Shown here in pieces: positions 19,004 through 27,912 of a DNA stretch of 33,334 nucleotides. Source of the stretch: Candidatus Methanoxibalbensis ujae (GTDB lineage Archaea; Halobacteriota; Syntropharchaeia; Alkanophagales; Methanospirareceae); the NCBI GenBank assembly GCA_026134085.1, contig JAOQIN010000003.1:62001-95334 (forward strand). Direction: 5' to 3'. The notes below the pieces were generated by a model. The model saw nothing but the letters and a program-made list of their open reading frames with translations. It was not told the origin of the DNA and made no database searches. Positions within the stretch are counted from its first letter, which is position 1. Each line of letters begins with the position of its first letter. The translations under genes were made by a program, and so were the position numbers.

Positions 19004-19674
19004 CGACAGTGGAAAACGCATCTGAGAGGCTCTGGAAGCGGTTGAACTTTTTTGGCGTTCTCGCAGGCATCTTGACACTTTTACTGCCGTTTTTGGGGCC
19101 ATGGTGGCACCTCACCATCGGCACAGACGGCGGCATTTTCAGCATCCGTGCATCTCCATTTGAATTTCAATTTCAATCCCTCATTCTCAACAAGCAGATT
19201 TCAACGGCAGAAACGACAGCATCATTCTTTCCTCTTTTCTGGTGGCTCAACCTCGCCTTCAAACTCTGTTATGTTTACTTCGGCGTTGCTCTACTCGCAG
19301 GCTCGCTTCTCTCACTCTCGGAGAAGCACGCTGAAAGTGCTGAGACGCTTGTCCGCTTCTCATCGCTGAAACTCCTCTGGCTCGTCGTCGCATTTGTCAT
19401 CGTGCTCTTCATCACAACATTCATTGTGAATTCAGCACCTAAGCTCACAGGAGGTGCGATATCAGAAGATTTCTCCATGCCCTTTGCTGGAGTGGAGTGG
19501 CTCACTATGCCCTTCACTATGCCCTATGGCAATTTCCGCATATCTGCGCCTATCGATGTTGGTTTCACAAGCATTTTTGCAGTCGCTGTCATCGCATCGG
19601 CTCTTGGAATCGCAGCAAGAATATATCAGAGAAGGATGGGGTATCATCCTCATGAAAAACCGCAGGTGCAGTGA
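19000..19674 (+). CDS. Hypothetical integral membrane protein (about 4 TM)
   Basis: Four hydrophobic segments; 4-nt overlap with the upstream gene suggests translational coupling. Confidence 0.65.
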   Translation: MTTVENASERLWKRLNFFGVLAGILTLLLPFLGPWWHLTIGTDGGIFSIRASPFEFQFQSLILNKQISTAETTASFFPLFWWLNLAFKLCYVYFGVALLAGSLLSLSEKHAESAETLVRFSSLKLLWLVVAFVIVLFITTFIVNSAPKLTGGAISEDFSMPFAGVEWLTMPFTMPYGNFRISAPIDVGFTSIFAVAVIASALGIAARIYQRRMGYHPHEKPQVQ

Positions 19675-19826
19675 GGAAGTGCAATTATATTTTTCTTGCT
19701 GCGACATTCAAGTGAGCGATCCATAGATTTATTGCTCCTTTCGTCTGCTCCAGAAGCCATGTATTTGGATGGACGCAGTCCAGGTTCGGCATGCGGAACA
19801 GGCGATCCCTGAATGATGAGAAGCCA

Positions 19827-19883
19827 ACGAAAGAAGAGTGAGAGCACGAAAGAAGAATGAGGGCACGAAGGAAGAATGAGAGC
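19827..19883 (+). repeat. 19-bp tandem repeat x3, third copy contains the GT2 start codon
   Basis: ACGAAAGAAGAGTGAGAGC / ACGAAAGAAGAATGAGGGC / ACGAAGGAAGAATGAGAGC. Confidence 0.85.
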
Positions 19884-20934
19884 AAATGAACATGTAAGCG
19901 GAGGGGAAAGAACAGCGAAAGTCAGGCTTTCCGTCGGGATTCCGGCGCACAATGAAGAGCGAAACATAGGCAGTCTGCTCAGGAATGTTCTTGGGCAGCG
20001 TTTGAGCGATTGTGTTGAACTTGACAGCGTGATTGTTGTTGTCAGCGGGTGCACAGACCGCACAGCGGAAATTGTGGAGGAGATAGCCAGTGAAGACACA
20101 CGGGTGCGCTTGATTCGTGAAGAAAAGCGCAGAGGTAAAGCGTCAGCGGTCAACCTGATACTGAAGGAGTCAAGAGGATGCGATATTCTGGTAATGCTGT
20201 CCGCAGACAACATTCCCACAGCCGGAAGCATTGAGGAGATCATAAAACCATTCCTCCACGAATCGTCCCTTCACGAATCAAAACCATTCCTCCACAAATC
20301 GTTCCTCCACAAATCAGGAGAATGCGCTGAGCATAGAAACTGCGACTGCGAGGTGGTGCGGCGAATAGGATGGCGAATAGGATGTGTGAGCGGAAGACCA
20401 TTGCCCGTGAACGATAATCGCACACTTTTCGGCTTTGCATCTCATCTGCTGTGGAACCTGCATCACTTGATTTCAATGCGATATCCCAAACTCACAGGCG
20501 AATTTTATGCGATGCGTGTTGGAATTGTTGACAGATTGCCGACAAATATAGTGAATGATGACCTTTACATTGAATATGCTGTGAGGAGAAAGGGTTATGC
20601 GATAGTTTATGCGGATAAAGCAAAATCTCTCATGCGAGGTCCTGAGACATTGGGCGACTTCATCCGTCAGCGCGTGCGTGTCCATATCGGGCATTATCAG
20701 ATCGCCGGAATGACGGGATACAGACCAAAAACAACGAGCATAAGCGACACAATAAGGCATTTGATCGCATTGACTTCGTTTCATAATATGCATTTCATCG
20801 CAGCATCTGCTTTTTTTGAGATGATTGCCCGTATTGTGGCGTTTTTCAAATTCCATTCCGGGAGGATCCCCGTCATGTGGATGCCAGTCGAGACAACAAA
20901 AACACTTCAAGACGGGCTGCATCAGCGTCAATAG
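19876..20934 (+). CDS. Glycosyltransferase family 2
   Basis: IPAHNEE, SGCTDRT, GKASAVN, SAD, NDD, QRVR (QxxRW-like), C-terminal hydrophobic helix. Confidence 0.9.
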   Translation: MRANEHVSGGERTAKVRLSVGIPAHNEERNIGSLLRNVLGQRLSDCVELDSVIVVVSGCTDRTAEIVEEIASEDTRVRLIREEKRRGKASAVNLILKESRGCDILVMLSADNIPTAGSIEEIIKPFLHESSLHESKPFLHKSFLHKSGECAEHRNCDCEVVRRIGWRIGCVSGRPLPVNDNRTLFGFASHLLWNLHHLISMRYPKLTGEFYAMRVGIVDRLPTNIVNDDLYIEYAVRRKGYAIVYADKAKSLMRGPETLGDFIRQRVRVHIGHYQIAGMTGYRPKTTSISDTIRHLIALTSFHNMHFIAASAFFEMIARIVAFFKFHSGRIPVMWMPVETTKTLQDGLHQRQ

Positions 20935-20958
20935 CTGCGCCATTATGCGAGCTGCATA

Positions 20959-22122
20959 TCATGCGAAATAGCTGCATATCATGCGAAGTAACACGCTCAA
21001 CGCACTTCTGAAATTGCACAGCATGTTTGTGTAAGATGCGTTTGCGAGGGGGCAGTAGCAGGCACCAGCCTTTATAGCACGGCGGATTTCAGATGCTCGT
21101 GCTGAGCGCCAGATGCGATTGAAATCGTAGTCGCAGGCGCGGAGATTGCCGAATGAATATGTGTTTCCGAGCACGCAGCACGCCCACACATCACCTTGTG
21201 GTGATATCTGGCATGATGCAAATCCAGCATAACACGGGACAACCTGACGGCGCTCCTCAAACACGCGCTTCATCATTTTGTAATACTCCATTCTGAAAGA
21301 CTGCGTCATGCGCGTGATGAAATCTCCATGCACACGCACGGATCTCATGATCTCAGCAAGCGCATTTGAAAGAGAATCCGCACGCGGCGTGATTTTACAT
21401 CCGACCGTCATCAATTCCTCCCTCTCCTCAGCAACCTCAAAAATGTGTGTATCAGCACCCAAGCCTCTCACAAACTCCGTTATCTCATGAATACTGTTCA
21501 GATTGTATATTGAGATGACAGTATGAACCCCTATCTTGAGATCATATTCGTTTTTCAGCGCTCTCAATCGCTTATATGTGTCAATAAATCGCGAGAAATT
21601 GTTTTTAAATCCCCTTATCCAGTCATGCATATCTCCCACACCGTCAAGCGAGAGATTTATTATGAGCGCTGAACGTGCACCACCCCTTCCACTGCCTCCT
21701 CTGCTGCATTTCATTTCAATGAAACTTTTTCTGTCGTGTGTGCGCCTGAATTCAAGCATCTCCCGCACACGACGCTCTATCAGGCGAGGCATTGTCGCAT
21801 TCGTCGGCACATTCACGATGTTGGGCTCACAGTGTTCTATAAGCGCACTGTAAATATGGGAGATGTCATCACGCAAAAAAGGCTCCCCTCCGCTCAGCGT
21901 CACCCAATACATGTTTTTACCAATTTTCTCAAAAATATGATCATATTCTTCAAGATCAAGCTCATCATGATAATCTCTGAACCTCCATATGTTGCATGTT
22001 TTGCACCTGGAATTGCATTTATTGGTCACGCTTATCGTGAAATTTACGGGATATGCCGGAAATCCAAGGCTTCTGAATGCTTTCAATTCCAGAATCCTCA
22101 GCAGCAAACGCAAGTTATGCAT
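20959..22122 (-). CDS. Radical SAM protein with SPASM/twitch-like C-terminus
   Basis: CNSRCKTC, SGGEP, SLDG, CYAG...GDVWACC, CYCP; RBS GGAGGTG 7 nt before ATG 22122. Confidence 0.88.
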   Translation of the reverse strand: MHNLRLLLRILELKAFRSLGFPAYPVNFTISVTNKCNSRCKTCNIWRFRDYHDELDLEEYDHIFEKIGKNMYWVTLSGGEPFLRDDISHIYSALIEHCEPNIVNVPTNATMPRLIERRVREMLEFRRTHDRKSFIEMKCSRGGSGRGGARSALIINLSLDGVGDMHDWIRGFKNNFSRFIDTYKRLRALKNEYDLKIGVHTVISIYNLNSIHEITEFVRGLGADTHIFEVAEEREELMTVGCKITPRADSLSNALAEIMRSVRVHGDFITRMTQSFRMEYYKMMKRVFEERRQVVPCYAGFASCQISPQGDVWACCVLGNTYSFGNLRACDYDFNRIWRSARASEIRRAIKAGACYCPLANASYTNMLCNFRSALSVLLRMICSYFA

Positions 22123-22229
22123 GAGATGGCACCTCCCGATCATCACCCGCTCGTCACACTCGCAACGCATGGCAGACGGCACACGCATCAACAGCACGCA
22201 TCAACAGGCAGCACCACTCTGCAGCGCTG

Positions 22230-23282
22230 CTAGTAGATTCGCAATTCTGCAATATCATCGTCGCGTGCAGGTTTCACGAAGAATGATTGTTTTTTGTCCG
22301 CATATCTCACGATCACTTCAACGCCCGGCATATATCTCGCATCCGAGTAGCGTGCGGTTATTCTTGCGGCGGTTTCTATTGCCGCTCTCACCTCATCAAC
22401 ATCTGAATCAACCTCCGATGAGAGATCAGCATCCACAGCCCTTTCTATTATATCCGCGCTGAGATTCTCATTCTCGAGAAGAGTTATCGGGCTGCCAATG
22501 CGAGGCACTTCAAGCACGACATCTGAGGGGCGCTTCATGGACAACAGCCGATTGTTCTCATCTGCATTTCTTCCGACGATGATTTTGAACTGTTTGAACC
22601 TGAAATGTCTGCCCACTTTCAATCGCTCGACATCGCTCACAGACACATGCGATTTATGTGCGAAGAGGTCCCTCAATTTAGCTGCAAACTCTCTGTTCGT
22701 GAGCAAGCAGCCGCCTGCCGGCGAAGCCACATGGGATAGAGAAATGCCCAAATTCCGTGCAAGTGCGATCTGCATCTTTCGGCTTCTACCTCGTATCGCA
22801 AGCAGATTTTTCCTGTCAATCCAGCCCTCAATCTCGGGAATTGTTCTGGGAAGAAGCTTTGCTGACAGAGGCCTCAAAACAAAACCTTCCAATCCCGCCT
22901 CCCTCGCGGTGAGTCTCAATGCCCTCCAGTGCTGGCTCATAGGTCTTTCGTCAAGAACCTCACCTGTGATTATAAAAGAAGCGCCTGTGCGTTCAGCAAT
23001 ATCCCTCGCCTTCCTCAACATGAATATACGACAGTCTATGCACGGGTTCATAGCAGTGCCATATCCAAATTTCGGATTTCTGACAACCTGCAAAAACTCC
23101 TCATCCGCACGGACAATTACAAGGGGAATGCCTATCTCAGCGGAAGATGAGATTGCATAATTCTCACTTTTTATAAATGGCATCTTCACATGCACTCCAA
23201 CAACAGATATTCCCTGATCCTTCACAATTTTCGCCGCAAGCACAGAGTCCAAACCACCTGAAATAAGTGCAATCGCCTTCAT
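22230..23282 (-). CDS. ThiI/MnmA-like PP-loop tRNA thiolation protein with a DUF814-type C-terminus
   Basis: SGGLDS, MNPCIDCRI, TGEVLDERPMSQ, PAGGCLLT, GRHFR, VGRNADEN. Alternative start 23309. Confidence 0.78.
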   Translation of the reverse strand: MKAIALISGGLDSVLAAKIVKDQGISVVGVHVKMPFIKSENYAISSSAEIGIPLVIVRADEEFLQVVRNPKFGYGTAMNPCIDCRIFMLRKARDIAERTGASFIITGEVLDERPMSQHWRALRLTAREAGLEGFVLRPLSAKLLPRTIPEIEGWIDRKNLLAIRGRSRKMQIALARNLGISLSHVASPAGGCLLTNREFAAKLRDLFAHKSHVSVSDVERLKVGRHFRFKQFKIIVGRNADENNRLLSMKRPSDVVLEVPRIGSPITLLENENLSADIIERAVDADLSSEVDSDVDEVRAAIETAARITARYSDARYMPGVEVIVRYADKKQSFFVKPARDDDIAELRIY

Positions 23283-23362
23283 TTTCCCCGCGGCAAGCGG
23301 TGCCGGCATGCAGATTTATCTGATCAATCTGACTGATCACGGTGCCCTATCACGATAACTTA

Positions 23363-24796
23363 TCACGAAAGCGAATACCGATCACTGCTCTCCGGGTTGA
23401 TCAATTTGGATATCGCTTCAGACCACTGCTTGCGCCATGGCGGCGTCTCAGGAACGGGCGTTGTCCGTGCGTCTTTGCGGATCACCACAATCACATCCTC
23501 GGGACATGCCTTCTCACATGCTCCGCAGAATATGCATACTGATGTCTCAACATCAACACGCCCTCTCATCCCGTCACGCCTCTTCTCTCCATTCTCCTGA
23601 TCTCCCTCTTTTTTCTCCTCTTCCTCCTTTTTCATCTCTCCCTCCCCTTCCCTCTCCTCCTCTTTTTTCTCCTCTCCTTCCCACACGACGAACCACGCGT
23701 TGAAAGGACACACATCACGACATATGCTGCAACCGCTTGGATCGCATTTTTCAATGTTTTGCAACATGATATCGCCATAAAAGGGCTTCTCAACAGAAAT
23801 TGCATCATAAGGGCACACAAACACACACCAGCCGCACTTCTTGCACTTTCGCTCGTCCACAATCAGCCGACCTCCACACTTGAGTCGTGCTATCATGTCC
23901 TCGGTCAGAGGCACAATGCTGTCCTTCCCATCACATCCGCCTTCTTCGCCCACTTCGTCCATGCTTTCCCCGCCTGTTTCTGCAACACGCACTTTTATTG
24001 CGTTTTCAGGACATAATATCACGCATATTCCACAATAATCGCATGCATTTTCATCAACGATCAGATCTGCAAAAGGCACAGGCTCTTCAACAGAAAATTC
24101 ACGCTCAACAATCATAAAAGCATCGCAGAACTTCGTGCACACACCGCATAAACTGCATTTTTCCATATCCACTTCTATCTCTCCGCTGCGAGTATCGTCA
24201 AAAGGCGCTATCTCCTCCTTCTTGGGAAGTGACCACTCAACTTCAAGCGCATCCATAGGACACACACGCTCACATAACATGCATGGCAGACACTTCTCCT
24301 CATCAACATTTATCGTGGGATTCAGATGTGGATATCCCTCAACCTCCATGAAATTCTTCCACTCCCCGTGTTCATCTCGACCTGTTCGTGCATTATCATT
24401 GTCTGCTCCTCTCACTTTATCCACATTTTTCGTGCATATGAACATTTCAAATGCGTTATAAGGGCAAAAAGCAGCACACATACCACAAAATGGGCACTTA
24501 TCAACATCCATTATCACAGGAGGTGCGTCCAATCCGGCTGCAATCTCCGTCACAGGTCCCAATTCCAATGCATTTGTGGGACAGATATCAACACAAATTC
24601 CGCAGCCATTACAGCTTTTATAATCATAAACAAGTTCTCTTCTCTCAACCTCCCTCAGTGCTGTTTCTCCTCTCTCCTCAGATTGCTCGCCGCTTGCCTC
24701 TGCCTCCGCATATGTGGAGGGTGCTGGCGCCACCAGACATGTCTGAAAATACACGAATTTCGTGTCCCTCACATCCATGCCACGCTTCACTATCAT
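23363..24796 (-). CDS. fwdF: Polyferredoxin, formylmethanofuran dehydrogenase subunit F-like (8 x [4Fe-4S])
   Basis: Eight CxxCxxCxxxC-type motifs, including CNGCGICVDICP...LELGP, CDPSGCSICRDVCP and CIFCGACEKACP. Confidence 0.82.
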   Translation of the reverse strand: MIVKRGMDVRDTKFVYFQTCLVAPAPSTYAEAEASGEQSEERGETALREVERRELVYDYKSCNGCGICVDICPTNALELGPVTEIAAGLDAPPVIMDVDKCPFCGMCAAFCPYNAFEMFICTKNVDKVRGADNDNARTGRDEHGEWKNFMEVEGYPHLNPTINVDEEKCLPCMLCERVCPMDALEVEWSLPKKEEIAPFDDTRSGEIEVDMEKCSLCGVCTKFCDAFMIVEREFSVEEPVPFADLIVDENACDYCGICVILCPENAIKVRVAETGGESMDEVGEEGGCDGKDSIVPLTEDMIARLKCGGRLIVDERKCKKCGWCVFVCPYDAISVEKPFYGDIMLQNIEKCDPSGCSICRDVCPFNAWFVVWEGEEKKEEEREGEGEMKKEEEEKKEGDQENGEKRRDGMRGRVDVETSVCIFCGACEKACPEDVIVVIRKDARTTPVPETPPWRKQWSEAISKLINPESSDRYSLS

Positions 24797-24824
24797 GCCT
24801 CACTCACATACATCCACTCACATC

Positions 24825-25967
24825 TCACACGCAGCTCTTTCTGACAGCGATGTCAAGGCCAAGTATAAATGTGTACGGCGAATAAGGGCGCACCTTGCGC
24901 GCATCGATCACATCAACCGAGACATCAAAGCCCGCAGACGAAGCTGCTTTTTCAATATGTGTCATCAGTTTCTGTTCAGCACGCCTTATAGCAACCTCTT
25001 TCCTGCCGCGCATTGCCCTGTCCTCTGTGTATGCGGATTCAATCGTGTAATAATGTATTATGCCTCTTTCCTTAAGCATTGTAACAGCTTCTTTCAGGAA
25101 AGTATGAGATTCCCTGGGCAGATTCATTATTATTCTGTCTGCAAAATTTTCAAATTGATTGTAAATATTGCTGACATTCTCATTTATCGCAACGATATTT
25201 GAGACTTTGTTGAGCTTCATGTTCTCTCTCAGGTAAAATATGGCATCTGGATTTATGTCAATTGCTATTATGATGCTTTTTGGTGAGCATTTGGCTATCT
25301 GAATTGAGAAGCATCCGACACCCGCGAACATATCTATTATGCGCTCTCCTTCCGCGGCTGCTGTGGAAGCAACGGCGGACGCAATTCTCGCACGCTCTGT
25401 TGCGAGTTTGGGATTGAAGTAAACTTTCTCAATGTCAAGTTTGAACCTGCAGCCGTTCTCCCTGTGTACTGTCTCTGTTCGCTGTTCTCCTGCTATTATT
25501 CTCAGATTCCGCCTGCGGAAAACGCCCTCAACACCTGAGACCTTCATCGCGACGACCTTCACATGCTTGTGCCTTCGCATGATCTCCGCAGCCATCTCGG
25601 AGATTGATATTTTGGAATCGTCTGAAATCTCGGAATCATCTGAAATGGAATCAGAAGCGTATGAATCGCTCACCGAAGCGTATGAATCGCTCAACTGAAG
25701 CACGGCAATGTCGCCGATGATCTCATATGGTATCCTCATCACAGACGTTTCTTCACTGACCTCAAACATTCTTCTCATAAAAACTGCCCTGTTAAGAATC
25801 CTCATAATTTCGTCAGATGGCTTTCCGAAAAGCGGGAAGAAAAGAAAATCGCCTTCAGAAACCACCCTCGCCTCCGTGCTCAACAGCGCGTGCTCACGCA
25901 GGATCGCACGCACCTCCTCACCATGCTTCTTCTCCACTCTCACACAGAAAAGCTCTTTTCTTGCCAT
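24825..25967 (-). CDS. trm5: tRNA (guanine37-N1) methyltransferase, Trm5/Met-10 family
   Basis: YEIIGDIAV, HRENGCRFKLD, VYFNPKLATER, DMFAGVG, DINP, IMNLP; N-terminal D1 domain present. Confidence 0.88.
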   Translation of the reverse strand: MARKELFCVRVEKKHGEEVRAILREHALLSTEARVVSEGDFLFFPLFGKPSDEIMRILNRAVFMRRMFEVSEETSVMRIPYEIIGDIAVLQLSDSYASVSDSYASDSISDDSEISDDSKISISEMAAEIMRRHKHVKVVAMKVSGVEGVFRRRNLRIIAGEQRTETVHRENGCRFKLDIEKVYFNPKLATERARIASAVASTAAAEGERIIDMFAGVGCFSIQIAKCSPKSIIIAIDINPDAIFYLRENMKLNKVSNIVAINENVSNIYNQFENFADRIIMNLPRESHTFLKEAVTMLKERGIIHYYTIESAYTEDRAMRGRKEVAIRRAEQKLMTHIEKAASSAGFDVSVDVIDARKVRPYSPYTFILGLDIAVRKSCV

Positions 25968-26023
25968 AATACTGTATTTCCCTCTTAATCATCCTCCCAT
26001 AAATAATTGCTCAGCTAATTATC

Positions 26024-26086
26024 TGGCAACGGTGGCAACGGTGGCAACGGTGGCAATGGTGGCAACGGTGGCAACGGTGGCAATGG
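26024..26086. repeat. 9-bp tandem repeat (TGGCAAYGG) x7
   Basis: Seven contiguous units with variable base C,C,C,T,C,C,T, upstream of trm5. Confidence 0.95.
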
Positions 26087-26784
26087 ATAATGGAACCGCA
26101 TAGTAACAGTGAGGAGAGAAAACCCTTCAGCTCATGCATTTGAAAAGGATAAGCAGAAGCAGAATGACCTCCTCTTATGGCATACAGTGAGGAGAGGTTC
26201 CTCACAGAGGAAACTTCATCTGTCTCACTTTGCATGGCACAGGTCTATCATTGCATAATTTTCCCATACTCCCGCTACAAATGCAGGTGGAGCATTTATT
26301 AAAGCAGAAATGAATAAAGGCAAAGAATAAAGGCAAACAACGGGGTTCATGTGGTTACAGAGGGGATAATGAGGGAACAAATAAGTGAAAAAAAATTGAT
26401 TATAATTATTTTTGAACTTTTTTATATAATACTCACTTAATATTCACCCCTCCATCAAAATTTTATTTACATATTTTTGTTTTTTCAGAAATTTACTTTT
26501 AATTTAATCCAGTTTGCAATATAAGTCCGATCATTTCATCGGCCCTCCGTCCTTTCATATTCAATGTAATGGATTTGTTCACTTAATGTATACTTTACAT
26601 ACAAACTATTTGCACAAAGTGAACATATCCCATTGAATCAGGGAAAATCTTTTTATGAATATGATAAAGATAAGGAGATAAGGATTGAGGGGGAGCGGAG
26701 CGGCTATAATGCTGGATAATGCTGGAGGATGGTCTGGAACATGAGACAGGATGGGATGATGAGAGATGGGGGGAAGAGATTATC

Positions 26785-27264
26785 ATGTTGAATGATAATG
26801 CTGTGAATGATGCCGAATGTAATGCAGTTAATGATGCAGCAAGTGTATTGATAGCGAGCAATTCAGCATTTATACGCATAATGTTGGCGACCACATTGCG
26901 CAAGATAGGATTTGATGTTATAGGTTTTGCGAGGAGGGGGGAAGAGGTTGTGTTGAAATGTGATGAATTACAACCAGATGTGCTTATTTTGGATGCGGAG
27001 CTTGATGATGGTTCTGACTGCATATCCGTTGCGAGGAGCATATCTGAGAATGGAGAGGCGCCTGCTGTCATCCTGATATTTCCCGTCTCCTCTGAGAGAA
27101 ATGCTGAGGAAGCGGTGAGGGCTGTGAAGGCTGGTGTTGTCGGCTTTCTCATGAAACCCATCACTGAAGGAGATATAAAAACGAGAATAAGCGATTTGAG
27201 AGATTATTTGAAGGCACCACGGCGTGTGGCGGAGAGGGCAGAGAGTGTCGCGGAAAGCAAATGA
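26785..27264 (+). CDS. CheY-like stand-alone receiver protein, degenerate
   Basis: VLIASNSAFIR, PDVLILD, GFLMKP. Start ATG 26785 (the ORF opens at 26719). Confidence 0.78.
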   Translation: MLNDNAVNDAECNAVNDAASVLIASNSAFIRIMLATTLRKIGFDVIGFARRGEEVVLKCDELQPDVLILDAELDDGSDCISVARSISENGEAPAVILIFPVSSERNAEEAVRAVKAGVVGFLMKPITEGDIKTRISDLRDYLKAPRRVAERAESVAESK

Positions 27265-27383
27265 TTTGTTGTGACCTCCGCAAATGCATGGAGAGGAGGA
27301 GGGTATGCGGATGATATGAGGGCAGTTTTGTGATATGAGGGCGCTTTGTTTGATTATATGAAGGAAGGCGGGTGGTGTGAACT

Positions 27384-27881
27384 ATGAATGTTGAAGATGT
27401 AAACTGTGCTGAGGAAGAAAACTGTGCTGAGGATGGAGGTAAAGAGGGATCAGAGGGTCGTGAAAGGGTCAGGATACTGCTTGTGGAAGATGATGAAACG
27501 CATGCATTTATCATAAGAAGAATACTGGAGCGAAGCAAATTGAATACTGAAATTTTTGAGGTGAGAGATGGAGAATCTGCTATGGATTTTCTGCTGAACA
27601 GAGGGGATTATGCGGATAAGAGCCTTTATCCGAGACCTGATATTGTTCTGCTTGATCTGAGGTTGCCCGGTATTGATGGGACTGAGGTGTTGAGGAGGAT
27701 AAAGGAAGAGGATGAGCTTCGCGATCTTTCAGTTGTGATATTGACATCATCTGAAAGTGATGAGGACATAATAAGGACATATGAGGACGGCGCATCTGGA
27801 TATATTTTGAAATCCGCCTTTGTCCTGAAGAGTCCGCGGATGAATGGACTGCTTGACATAATCCTTTCACTTGTCAGGTGA
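27384..27881 (+). CDS. Single-domain response regulator (Rcp1-like)
   Basis: ILLVEDD, RPDIVLLDLRLPGIDG, VVILTSS, GYILK. Confidence 0.92.
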   Translation: MNVEDVNCAEEENCAEDGGKEGSEGRERVRILLVEDDETHAFIIRRILERSKLNTEIFEVRDGESAMDFLLNRGDYADKSLYPRPDIVLLDLRLPGIDGTEVLRRIKEEDELRDLSVVILTSSESDEDIIRTYEDGASGYILKSAFVLKSPRMNGLLDIILSLVR

Positions 27882-27912
27882 CTTTATCTCCAATGTCAGG
27901 TGACTCCATCTC

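Noticed and set aside
19720..19812. Peptide YLDGRSPGSACGTGD resembling a methyltransferase motif I relic
   Set aside because: Too short, with no further motifs in other frames.
7436..25967. A dedicated tRNA-modification island (tsaA, ttuA-like, sepS, thiI-like, trm5)
   Set aside because: The genes are scattered on both strands among unrelated genes, compatible with ordinary shuffled housekeeping content.
26011..26235. 74-aa ORF with HCHRCHRC, resembling a metallothionein
   Set aside because: The motif is just the 9-bp repeat in one frame; the rest lacks coding character and overlaps the putative promoter and IS scar.
26280..26700. Second AT-rich region as a possible replication origin
   Set aside because: ORB resemblance is poor, and divergent promoters for trm5 and the receiver genes explain it.
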